DNA of 64,000 nt from Enoplolaimus lenunculus (taxonomy: Eukaryota), in contig JASANG010001107.1 in the NCBI GenBank assembly GCA_030248215.1, forward strand, positions 434,001-498,000, read 5' to 3'. The notes under the pieces are model-generated. The model searched no databases and was not told where the DNA came from. It saw nothing but the letters and a program-made list of their open reading frames with translations. Below, one piece after another: positions 23,566 to 37,100 of this stretch (position 1 is its first letter; every line of letters begins with the position of its first letter). Made by a program: the position numbers and the translations under genes.

Positions 23566-26500
23566 CCGTCATACAGGAATGGCTGCGCTGCACTCCTGGT
23601 TAAAAGTTTTCCACCGTGGAAAACTGGAAGCCCCTGTGCTATACATTGGCCCAAAAGTAAAAACGAAACGCGCTAAACAGATAAAGTTCGCAAAATTTTA
23701 CTCGGAACCTCACTTCAAAAATTCTACCGGAGCCGGAGGCATACCTCCAGTTGTCCTAAGTGGAAACGTTTGCTGCGCTGCAATTTTGTTTTTAGGTCCC
23801 CTGTGATTTGAACGATTACTAGCGCTTTTCGTGCGTGCCACGGCAGTTCAAGTGTATTTCAGTAATTTTAGATCTGTGAATTTAATAAAATGGTTAGTGC
23901 CCAAGGAGTTGGGCGGCAGTCCCATCCTGCTTAGAATCCCTTCAAATTGAAGGGGTGCAGAGTGGCGTCAGCCCCCTCAACAACAATATTGGCCGAAATT
24001 TTCTCACTACAAATTTAGTTTTTGAAATATGAAAACATAACATTTTTATGTTACAGCTGAAAAAGTCTCCCCACATTTGCGTAGTGGCTTGGAAAAACTA
24101 CAAAAGTGCCCATACTACTGGAACCGGAATGTTAAAAAACATCGGAATCGGAAAATAAAAAATGCTTACCGAAAACTTATTATTACCATTTTAACTGCCT
24201 AATTTCGCCTCACCTCTAGCTCCGGTAAGTTCGTTGACCTCCGGGTCCAATATATTTCACCTTTAGTTACACCTCGATGTTCTCATCCACACAAAATTAC
24301 ACGACGATAGACATCTGTTGTAGTGCTCCCGTACACTTAGGAACCCTCTGCTTCCGACATGTTTGTGCATAAGCTGCACTCAAAATTTTTAGAAACTTAA
24401 ATTGTTTAATTTCAGCCTATAAAATACTTTAGGTAGGAACGATCTAACTGACTATACGCCCAATATCTAAAGTAATAAATGTTTTTCGTTTACTCTTTGT
24501 AAAACAGCAGATAAAAAAATTAAAATCATGCATCGTATACAATTACACTGTCAACACAATCTCAGTTAATTTTCTGAATGTCCTAAGCACCAGGATGTAA
24601 CCGGAGGTGAAAAACACCGGAGCCGTAGCCGGGGGTGAACGAATCTTGCCGGAGCCGCAGCCCGAGGTGAGGCGAAATTAGGTAGTAACAATGACGATTA
24701 ATTAGTTAATTTTAGCCGACGTCTGCAATATGTTGTTAAGTTGTTTGGTTTTACGCTAATTTTCGGCGAAATCTCGGAAATTCTTTCCTGAGAATTGTGA
24801 CAAAAGCAGAACGAATCTCGCTAAAAAGATAAATTTGCAAAATTATGTAAAATTTTACTACCGAAATTGCCGGAACCTCCGACTAAAATTCTACCGGAGC
24901 CCGATTTTCTGCCGGAGCCTTAGCTCCGATTGTACCCTACTAAGCACCCATAACAACAAATTCGCTTATGCCTTTCTAGTTAAAGAAACAGTATAGGAAG
25001 ACGGATGGAGGCTTGGAAGGCCGAAGCTAGCACCAAACTTGAATCAATTTTATGTTATTCTGTTCAGGTAACCTGCCGTTTCCCCTGAGTTTCGCATTTT
25101 GTAAATTGGCTAAAATTAGCTAACTAGGAATGAGAGCTATCGTAAGTGAAACTCCATATCTCAAACAGTTCGCTACGGAAACACCTTAAATTGTTGTAAA
25201 TTTGTTTTAAACTGCTTTGGCGTGTAAGACGGGGACTAGAGTAGAATGTAAACGGATAGTAGAAATAACGTAAACGAAAAACGGGTATTGAAGTATAAGT
25301 TTTAAAGATGTTTTATTTCTCTGCCAACACAACTGGGACATGCAAATACCCACCGGATTTTCTAAAATTAAAAAATGGCTTATGCACCGAATTTTTTAGA
25401 TTTTTAATGAAAATAGACACCGATTGTACCGGAAACGGATATCTGGTATACCTTTCAGAGGTCCACATAGCACGAGGTGCATGGTGCGGAAACCATCCTT
25501 GTGTCTTTCCAAATCGCAGAGTCAAGACGGCGGCGCGCCCCATATCAGCGAATCGTATGTAGGAAAGATACACTGTTTTTGAATCCGTGAGGAGACTTTC
25601 CCACTGTGACGCAAAATTATAAAGTTCCAAAATTCGCTACGTTTTGATTATACAAATGGCAAATTCAGAAAAATCAACACAGAAAGTATTACACAGTAAG
25701 ACAAAATGCAATATATTTACAATAACGCATGAATCGAAATCGCACATGCAGCAACTGTCGTGCAAGCACATTGGTTACAGCACAGAGCCTAATGTCATTC
25801 AGAACATTTTAAAGTTCTTTCATAAACAATTTATAATAACATGAAATTTAGCAAATAAGCGTGCAGTCTTACTCCATTTTAATGAATATAGTACATAGTC
25901 AATTCACAGCCAAGAATTTCAATTCAGTTTTGAAAGAGTTCCGCTAAAACAACTTGTCTCAATGCTAATTATTGCATACCAAAGGCTGTCTTCACAAAGT
26001 AGGATTTTGCCGCATATGGTAAGCGTACGCAAGGCGCACTTTCTCAAGTCGAATACACTCCAATAAATAGCTTCGAACTAACAAAAATAAGTTTACCTTA
26101 GCAAATGTCACAAAACCATCGGTCGGTTTCACATGAGTGGTGGATATGACACAGTGTAGAAGCAAACTTTAGCCAAGAATGTATATGTTTTGTTTATGTG
26201 TAAAAAACCATTTAAGGCTACAGTGGCCTTAGTTTTGAGAGCGAAACAACTGATTAGCGCTGCATAAATACGCTATACCAGCACACAAACCAACTTTTAA
26301 TCTTCAAACATTGTATACAACTCAAGTTTTAATAACGACACAATTAACTTATTTCGCTTCATTGTGTCATGCTGTTTTCGGAGCCATTGCAGCAAGGTGT
26401 TGAAATTAAATGTGCCCACTTGTAAAGCCTAGTTTAATGATATTCGGCACCCAGGACCGGCGTTAGGATAGTCGGCCCTCCCAAACCGGTCCGAGGGGAG

Positions 26501-28125
26501 CCCAATAAAAGGTTTCACAGCTATTATACCCATGTACTTGTATGACTTCAGGTACATGCTGTATTTTGGTGAAAACTTTCAGCGATAGTTCGTTGACCTA
26601 GTCAAAAAGAAAGTTTTATACTTGCAAAACTAATTTTGTGGCCCGAAAAAATTTTAGTTTGCCAAGATGGGGCTGCCCAATTGGAGGGTTTGGAGGCGCT
26701 TCCGCCCGTGAGAGAAAACAGACTCACCGCCGGAAGGCGGTGACAAAAAAGCGCAAAGTCAACATAGAAATAACACTTAATTAAATCAAAAGTAGTGTAT
26801 AGTTGCCTAAGTTAAAAACCGTAATTTAACACCACAGCGCTCGTCATATAATTTGTCTAGTGTGTAGCCTTACGTGAAGACACAAATTTCAGATAGTCCC
26901 GAGTACATTCTTTCGCTACAGTTTACAAGAAATGCGCTTAAAAGTTCGTCATATATTCCACTGATAAAACGGAATGATACACACATAGTTATATTACACG
27001 CGTCAAATCAGAATATCTATAGTAATGTATAGTATAAAACATGGCTACGAAAAAATGTAAACTTTAAAAACATAATAGGAATAATAGGTATTACACCAAC
27101 ACGGACAAAATAATTCAGCAACCGCCGATACAAACTCGAACAAATAAAATCTGTTACATTTTCATGTAACGTAATTACAAACGTGATATCTAAAAAATAA
27201 ATGCGCAACAAACCAGATCATAGATCATAAAAACGTCCCACATAACACGTGTATGACACTCGCAAACATTCCCAAAACCAGTTTTTCAGTTCTATTTCGA
27301 TAAAGCAGAGTACTGAGTAGTACTGATTGTCATATGCCTGCTCATTGTTACAAAATGGATATTCTCATGAGCGCAGACTAATAAAGGATCCAGACTTACT
27401 TTTCACAAGATAATCTTAGCTTTAGACACTAAAATTCAGCAAACCTGCGCATAAAATTCAAGTGTCTTAATACCAAAACTGCCTCAAACTGCCGTATATA
27501 TTACCTCATCTCGGTGACACCCGTTTGGGTTAAGCCGATAACTTCGTTTCGGTTTTGGTTTCAGCGTCCTTGTTTTAACATCTGGTCACACCTTAACTAA
27601 TTTAATACCTATGTACGTAGCATAGTATCAGTTGCACCTTAGTAATTTTATCACAAACCGATAAGGCGCAATAAGATTGGTTGTTTACATAATCACACAT
27701 TACAGCGCTTAAATGTGACCAGCTAATTGAAGAACATGTTTGCATACCAGAGAGAATATATGCGCACATTAGCGAAAATTTCTTGTACTTAACAATGTAT
27801 AGCTAGCAACCCAGTGTACTCCACGTTTGCTCTATACGATCAAAAACTAGTGATACATTAAATAGTAACAATATACTATACGTATATATTTCCACAACGC
27901 TCATCAAAATTACATCAAAAACTAGCTAACGTTGGACTTTCCAACCAACCATTCTACATATTTTTGACTGATAATATAACAAGGCCACATTCTGCGCTGA
28001 TATTGGCAACGTCATTCTACGACCAAATCTGAACTTAGACTGGTTTTGGTTTGAAAACAAATTTTGCACATTTACCCACACAACGAGTGCAGCGATGTCA
28101 TCTTTGGATGCTTCGCCTCATTATT

Positions 28126-31100
28126 TCAACTAACACGTTGCACGTAGTTCGCAGGTAACATGCCCCATTTTCCCGTACGCTGAATAGTGCCAGTCATCCA
28201 GCCAGAATCAACAGACTGACAATTGACTACAAGATCTCCCTCCATAAACGAAACCTAAAACATTGACGCTTAATTGTTGCCACACATACGTACTTGTTGA
28301 TTGTTTGTCAATAATCTTGTTTCTACCAAATTTCATACCATTTTAAAACCTACGAGTAGAACAAAGTAATGTTAAAGTTAAACCTGATCTGAAAGCTCAG
28401 GAAACGCTATTTTAAGCATCGTCCTAACAGTAAAGATGGCGATAATTAAAAAAACCAAGGCCACGCTTTTATGTAGTATAGCCTTGCCAGAGCGTGGTTA
28501 CAATTGTTTTTCCGCTATCAATAACTTACAACATTTCCAGCATATAAAACCAATGTGAAAATAATGATGAGCTCGAACTAGGGTTCTTATGCTTGCAATT
28601 GGATGTGGCGAAAAATTACTCTGATCGTTAAAGCTGAGGAAAAAATACCACGTAGAACTTTTGAAAACCTTTCTAATTAAATTAGAAATATCGTTTTCAA
28701 AGTCCGCTCAAAACACCGACGCCATATAGAGGCAATTGGCTGCGCTACACTTGGTAAACAGCGCCGTCCGGCACTTTACCAACGAAGCCGAATGACATTG
28801 AACGTCATTTTAAAACTATAACGCACCCCAAAGAAAAGAAAAAATGCAAAAATTAAAAACTTCAAACCCAAATTTAAAAAACATAACGTCCTCCGGACCG
28901 TTTGTATTATATAACTAAAAATCGTCTGAACTCACTTCATCAGTATCAGCTGCCGAGTAGTCGTAGAGAGCTCTAAAGGTAGAGCCAGACAAAGGCTGAC
29001 GTTGCTGTTGGTATTGTTGTTGGTGTTGGTGCTGTTGTTGTTGTTGTTGCTGTTGTTGTTGTGGTTGCTGTTGTTGTTGGGGCAGCACTTGTTGCACCCT
29101 TTGCTGCTGCTGCATTTGTTGCTGTTGATACTGTAACTGGTGCTGGTTCTGTTGCATATTGCCAATAGTGTGATACGGCTGTTGCACTGGTGTTTGATAA
29201 ACATTATCTGAAACACAGCAAAAATGGCACATTCAAACAAGCGATTACGTTGCGCAAATCAACAGATATTTGATTCTATTCCTATTAACCACTAAATAAT
29301 ACCGTTCACGATACAAATAATTCAGGAATTTGCGCAATACACATTATCACTGTTTAAATTTATTGATTGAATCGCTAAGGGATTAAGTGCAAGCATCACA
29401 TTATAAGATGTCAAAAGACAAACAAACAAGAAGTTTCATACAAATTAAGCAGAACGCATTCAAAATTCTGGTTATAGTATGGAAGTCAACCATATTTCAG
29501 TGTTTGCAATCAATCATTTGATAGTTAAATTTTACTACGTATATGGTTCCGCTCCCGGAACTTTTTATATTCGGTTACATCCTACAGGCAAGATATAATA
29601 CTTAACAATACATTTTGCATTCGAGGGCCTTGCTGCGGATCCCCACTGTCCGTTGAGCGGATCATAATCGTTGATAGAGCCCACAGGACGCGTTTGTGGG
29701 CTGACTAAAACAAATGAAGCACTAGGGACGTACAAGTGTTGTTTAATGTTGCATGTATTCTATATTTTATATACAGGCTAAACAAATTGCATATCATTCA
29801 GCAACGCATAATGCGAGAAAAACAGAAATTTTGTTAAAAAATTTGGCGCGGTTGACTTGCGTTTGGTGTTTGAACGGATCCTTATTATTATGAAGGAAAG
29901 GAATTATTACAAAAAGGAACCAGGAACAAAACGATTTGTATGTACATGCGTTGCTGTTAAAACTATAACACATGGCCAAGCTAGCTGAGGTTTCACATAT
30001 TTGCGCAAATATTAAAGCCTAACAATATTTATGACGGTCACATAAAAAAGAACAGCCTATATGAATAACTTGTGGAAAAATTACATCAGAAAGCACCAAA
30101 AATTAGGGATGTGCCGATACCAAAATTTTTGCCGATGCCGATTCCAACTTTAGTACACCATGTTTAATAAACAGATAGGATACCACATTACATCATTATA
30201 AGAAGACTTAAACCCTACCCATCATAAACGATTATAATTTTAGACGAACGACTCATTTCAATTAATTTTTCAAACACAAACGCAATAAAGATATCAGTTC
30301 TCCTGATCCGACACACTGACATGCGCCTAGAAATGGAACTAATAGCATTCCAACTGGTTGTTATATGTGCAAAAAGCATCGGCAAAAAACTGGTAATTTT
30401 TTGCAGTGCCGATGCCGATACTCACAAAAACTGCCGATTATTACCAATGCCGATTAATCGACACATCCCTACCAAAAATGTACAAAAAGCACCACAGAAG
30501 AAAGATCTTTTAATCAAGTCATATTAGCAAAAATTCTGTTCATTGCAAAATGTTCCTACTATATCAGTGGCCGTCAGCACCCAATAACCGGCAGGAAAGT
30601 GGAATAAAATGTTAGTAATCTACGTAATACCATAAACGTAGCAACTATCCAACCTAATAACAAAGCTGAAAATCGAAAAATACGCAAAAACAGGACTTCA
30701 ATGTCCTGCTTACAAAATTGAATCTAATATCACAAATTTCATTACACAGTTCCAGTCCCAATTCTGGTTTCATTTCGAAACATTCCAAGCATTCAAATTT
30801 ACATTATATAGGCAGGTTGGATACATTCTTTTTGTAAACGAATTACGCACAATCAGCTGTATGCTCTTGTTTTATTACCCGTTTACAATATGTCGAATAA
30901 CAAAACTGCATCGACAGAAGCGCATGCGGTACCCTTAGCAAATCAAACAACTTTGGCCGGAATTTGTTTATAACAAGCGATGTTTATATTACATGCAGCG
31001 AATTTGTATATTCGATCACCTTTTCCTCCCTGTTCCGAAGAATAAATCAATGTTGACGCTTGTTGCATTTTCGTTGAATACGGCGAGTTACCATATGCTT

Positions 31101-34100
31101 GTTGTTGTTGTAGCGGCTGAATATGTTGATGTTGTGCGGAAGCGATATTTAACGGTGTACCGCCACCTCCACCAGAACCATTCATTACTAAAAAGCCAAC
31201 CTCTTTTATGATTTAATAAACACGTATATTAGCAACTAATCACTACTCTATATGCAATGATATATATTGTCTATAAAAGATTCCCAAATGTGCCAGTTTC
31301 CCAACACCAAAAATATAATAAGGTAAGTATAATATCATTGATCGACCGTAAGTTATGGTTCCGGTGTGTGTTCCAGTTTAACAGTTTCCGATTGCGGTTC
31401 ATTATTACGAACTGTAACCGGAACCTTATGTACCCTCATTCTGTAAAATAGCTACTTTTACGTGACACTTCTGTTATTACTAGAACAGGGTCTGATCACA
31501 TTTATTTTTTGTTAATTTTATTTGATGTCAATAAAGAATAAAATGGACTCTCAAAAGTAAAGGGAGCGTTAAGGAATTATGGAAAAACATTTTAATTTCG
31601 AAAAACAGAGGCTAAGATTATCCTAAAATGCGCTATAAATTGTATTTTTCCACATTGTCATTTACCATATTAAGGTAAAAGTTTAACCCATAAATGAAAC
31701 GTTAAATGTTTGAAACTAATTACAAAGTAAATAAAAGACTGTATGCTTACGCATTACACATTGTAAGAGTCCATATTTTACTATTGTCATCTAAATCTAA
31801 ACATATTACAAATTGCAAGCAGTGTAAGCGTGAGGATAATCAAAATATGCTGCGAATGCATTGCAATGGTTAATGTAAATAACAATAAAATTGCAATAAC
31901 TGAGGAGAACAAGAAGAGTGGAATAACAGCAGGCGCAATTGTGATGATAACATAATACGTATACGTATGCGACAAAGTAGTGTCGGATATTAAAACAGTA
32001 AAAGTTTAACAACCGGAAAAATCGCTGTTTATTATATATACACCTATAAAAATATATGGTGTGTAATGTGAAACAAATTACGTTGGTCCATTTACAGGTT
32101 TGAACTTAAGTACGTACGAATCTGTTCTTCCTATTCCACTAAAATGCATTGTTCCTCACTCTATCCAAAATTTGACCACCGTTACCGTATTTTGACATCG
32201 AATGGCACCCTGCTGCTGAACAAATGTCAGCGACCGACCCAGATCTGGTGTGAACCGGACGTAGGTCTCCATTAGCTCAGTGTAAACGGACCAAAGCATA
32301 ACTTGTTGAAATAATGGGTTAGTTAAATAGGTTATATAAAGAGGGATTGTTGATGCTGATTAGATGCTTTGAAAAATTACTCACCCATGCTGGAAGCATT
32401 CGGCGCTTTAGCTCCCTGATTATAATCTTCAAAAGGCGGTCGCATGCCTTCCATCTGTTCCTTTCGACCCATTTCGCCGTGATATGCTGCCTGTAAAAAT
32501 AACATTACACCTCAAGAATACCTCATGCCTTTTTAAAAACGTAACAGTCTGTTTTCTGGTAGTCTTTGCTGAGCTGTTTGGTAATGACGTTGCCTTTTAT
32601 AAGATCTTTCCTATACAAACGTTGAATTTACACACCGCTGAATGGTGTTCAACGAAACACTAATAATATTTCAAATAAGTCGTTGGAAGTTTTAATACAT
32701 AGGCTACATTACGTATTAAACTATCATATATATAAATTATAACTCTGATTATGTGTATACTCACTTGTGACACGACTTGCGAGTTTTTGATCAAACGGAA
32801 CGTTTCAGGGTCGTCGGCAATTTGAATTTTATGTCCTTTCATTTTTTCGTACTCTTGATGGTATTTCACCTGTTAACAAAAGATACCAGCGCATTGGGCA
32901 AATTCCCGAAACTCCTACAGCTTGTAAAGATTTCTTTATGATGCGACAGCGTTTGCATGAACTGATGAATGAATTAGCAACGGATGGATTAATATTACAC
33001 AATGCCCGTGTTTGCTAAACTAAGGACTGCTTAAGGTGATATTACTTACTTCGAAAAGAATATAAACAGGTCAAATAACCAATTATAGTTAAGCTCCGCC
33101 GGTTACACATGTTAATATAGATGCCCAAAAAATAAACTCCAGCCAAACAGCAACTTAAACTTAATTGTTTTAGACATTTGACAGTTTGATAGTGCATAAA
33201 AATAAAAGCCAAAACCCCACATCCCTCAAAATCTTTTTTAAAATACACAAAATTCCTTAATAATACATATATACTAATGTATAGTATACACTGTATATAC
33301 ATATACACTTAATACAAATAGCGGCCGTCAATCTGTGGGTCACGACTCGAGCGCATAACGTCAAGCTTTTTGAAAAACGCTTACTGTCCAAAGTAATAGA
33401 ATAGTGCAACAAACAAAAAAACTACGTATGCGCTCAGTGTTTGTCAAGCACCAATATCTCAGTTAGATGTAAACATAAAGCTGTTGCTCACACACGCACA
33501 CATATATATAATATGTATGTTTCCGTTCAAGAAACTGTCGCAAACATAAATATAATATACCATACTAGCCGAAGACCACCGGATAAAATAACCTACGTAC
33601 ATATCAGGCAAATTTTACCAGATCATTATCTGGATATTCTGTAAACATCAAAATTTTTATACACAATAAGCTCCGACGTAGATTGCGTAACTTCGTTAAC
33701 GAAACGTAACTAACGTATAGACGTATACGTGATTCTGTGGCAATTTTAACATGGGCTGCGGCCATGCTAAGTGCTAATTGAAGAAATAGAAATTTAAAAA
33801 CTATTTTGCCTGTACGACTGACAATGTAAATTCATAGTGAATATCGAGCTAAAAAGCTAATACGTTTCAGATAAACATAATACTCTCACCAGACTTTGGT
33901 TCGCCGTATTTTCGGCGAGGCGCTTCGATTCGGGAGTTTCTGCGACAACAGTTGCTTGTTGCTTTGGGTAATGCCTAAAATAAAAAATCAACAAAACAAT
34001 ATTTTGCAAATATAAATAGTACTAACCACTGCGAGCTACATTTTTGATCATCCTTTGTTTAAGAACGAAATAAACGTCATTTAAAGAGTCTAATTTCATG

Positions 34101-37100
34101 CTTAATCCAGTGACTGCAAACTGTCATCTGACGGATTTGGTGCCGATTTGATCCGTGACAAAAATGAATCGGAAGAATCTGACGACGATATTTCGAGATT
34201 TCCGCCAATTTCCGAAAAATCTGCCGTGGAGTATTTGAAAAATATGTGGTCACCTTTGTCACCGAATAATTAAAAATTGTCTAACGTTAAAGACAAGTGG
34301 TCTGCAGCGGTCTACTACGATGATCGACGAAAAATGACGGTGGTGTTAGGTTGCCTAGATCCCACAATGTATCGAGATAATACAATGAAAGAGCCCGAGC
34401 AGGGCTTGGAAATAAACAATTTTCCGCATATATACCATTCTGTTTCTCAAATTGCTGTATAACCAGGTAGCGGTGCTCCACAATCGTTCGCTGTCTGTGT
34501 CGGTAGGCGAAATGCGCAAGTACTTCAAGGCCACCAAATCCCGAGGCTTGCCGAGACCGACACCGCCCGTCCCTGCCTCAGAGAGTTAAACTTGGAAAAG
34601 GTTTTAAAAATTAATGGAGGAATCGCCTCAGTTGCATAGTATTTGATTTCTAAATACTACTTATTCCCAAGTTCAAAACGCCTGAATTTCTCGTCAAGAA
34701 TTATGCTGTTTCTGCAACCAATATGGTACCTAAATAATCGTGCTTTTCAAGGGGCGGCCAAAAATGTTTCCAGGAGGATCATAGTGCTCCACATCAGGGA
34801 TGTGCGGTCTCGGTCAAAAACCGAGACCTAAAAATAAAATATTTTCTAACAAAAGTTTTGAATGTTTTTCATACTTCTGTGTCATTCTGGCGTAAAAATG
34901 TTGCATCTGTTCAGAATTTGTAATATTAAACTCAAAAATTACGTATATATCGCAAAATTTTAGTTTTAGCAAAAACACACTGAGAAACAGAGATACAAGA
35001 ATATCGGCAAAAAATTTATAGTCAAAGATGACAAAAATCAACAAATACAACTGCCGTTCGTTTATTGTGAACGTTGAGCAGAAAAAATGGGAACTTGTCT
35101 TTCTCCTTTGGTCTAGGTTTAAAACCTATCGAGACTCAAAAAACCGAGACCGAGACCAGTTAAATCCTGATTAGACCGAGACCAGTTAAATCCCGACTTA
35201 CTGAGACCGCACATCCCTGTTCCACATATATTGCCGACTGTAATCTTCCCATGTTTCGAATTAAAACAAATCACGGTAGCTTTTAATATTTGCTGCTAGC
35301 AACAATTCAATCCAAGCCCTGTTTTTAATTTTATATTATGTAGAATTATGCTTTCCGAAGGAGATAAAAATGTGTTCCACGTTATAAGACTTGTTGAAGT
35401 ATTCACAAGAAAATGCATAGCACACTTTAAGTCTTCTCTTGCGTTCCAAATAAAACATTCTCAGAGCGTTACACCCCTTTTTTGAAGCTCACTTAGCTAT
35501 ATCTTGTTAAAAAAATCTCATTGTACAGTTGGTCGCAAAATACAGGAACCTATTTGACGGTAAGTTCATTTAGTAAAGGTTTTCGTTTTGATTGCAAAGT
35601 TAAGTTTATAATTGATACGTACTTAAACAACGACGGTAATTGAATTTGCCACTTTTTAAGTTATACTATCATGCTTTGCTACAGGGCGGCAACAAAGGTT
35701 CAATTCGGACTCGGCAAAAATTTGTGGTTCGGATCAGGATCCGGCTAAAATTTGTAGTTCGGATTCAGTTGTGAAAAAACCGAATCCAACAATGTTTGCA
35801 AAATGTTTTTCAGTATTGACAAGTAAAAATTTTAAATAACTTGTTATATTAATAAAAAATTTTGTTCCAGGACACAAATCTGAAAACTGACGTCGGGCAC
35901 GAAATATATCAACGTTTACAAGTTATGCGGTTGGCATAACGTTGATATTCTGCAACAAATTATAGATATAACTGAAATTTGCAACATGCAAGATTCGGAT
36001 TCGGCAAATTAGAAATGGGTTCGGATTCGGCCGAACCGTGGATTTGGTGCCCCTACTCTTTGCTACCTGCCAACTAAATAGGAAGTTATCAGTTAAAGAC
36101 CATAAAAAATTCATTACAAAAACGTGGAAGTTAGATTTTGTTCATAAATCGGCATTAAGTAACGAACCGGTTGTTATTATCAAGCAAAATTGCACACTGA
36201 CTAGGCGAGTAGAGTAAAAAAATAAAAAAGGTTGCAAAAATCAGTTTATTTTACAAGAAGTTACGGCTAAAAACCTGAAAAATACAGGGGGTCAAAATAT
36301 TGCGTTTTCCGTGCATCTCCTCAATGGATTTTGCAGACGGAGAATTTGGCGTCATAGGTATAGGCCATGACGGTTATTAATTGCTGCAATAACAAATTAG
36401 TTACGTACTCAGATACAAGCTAATCAGCATGCTTCTCTGCTAATTAAAGGAATCAAGTTAGCATTGCTACGCAAAATTAAACCTAAAACAAACCAAATGT
36501 CAATCTATATGTATTCGCTCAGACAACCAAAAAATAATCAACTTACGCTTCACAATATGGATGTTTATTCATTCCTTTGTAATTTTTCATGTTTAACGTC
36601 ATATGGCAAACGCTGCATTTGAAACACTGCTTGTGCCATACCTACGAAGTAGTATACAAACAATGTAAGGGCAGATTTTGTATTCCACCGTTAAGAGTTG
36701 CTTACAAAGTACTTTTCGCGTTCAAATTGAACAAGGAAAATAAATTTTTTAATAAATTAGCAGTTTATTTCCTTTGAACTACGTACATGTAACAGAGATG
36801 TCCGCGGCCGAGCCAGAGGAAGCCGGGGCTGGGGCCATACTGTACCATGGACGAAACCGGAAAAAGATCTAAACAGAGCGTAAGACAGAACCAGATTACG
36901 TCGGAAGCGGAATGTGAACAGCAAGATTATAAATATTAAAATGTGAACTGAAAAGTTCGCAATACAATATTTAAAATTTCTAATCAGAATCAGAACCAAT
37001 TGTGAAGATATGAATGTACAGCCGATGTACAGGTTCAGATTCCAAAACATTGCTGTTGAGTAAAATTCTTTTTTGTACACACTACAACAGCACTGCAGTA

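Larger units (their letters stand above)
21260..23651. mobile_element. 2.4-kb fold-back non-autonomous DNA transposon containing two opposed ~81-bp tandem arrays
   Basis: About 85-bp TIRs starting GGCC(C/A)ATGTATAG..CAGGGGCTTCCA; perfect 8-bp TSD caaaagta at 21252-21259 and 23652-23659; paralogous empty site near 24790-24820. Confidence 0.9.
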
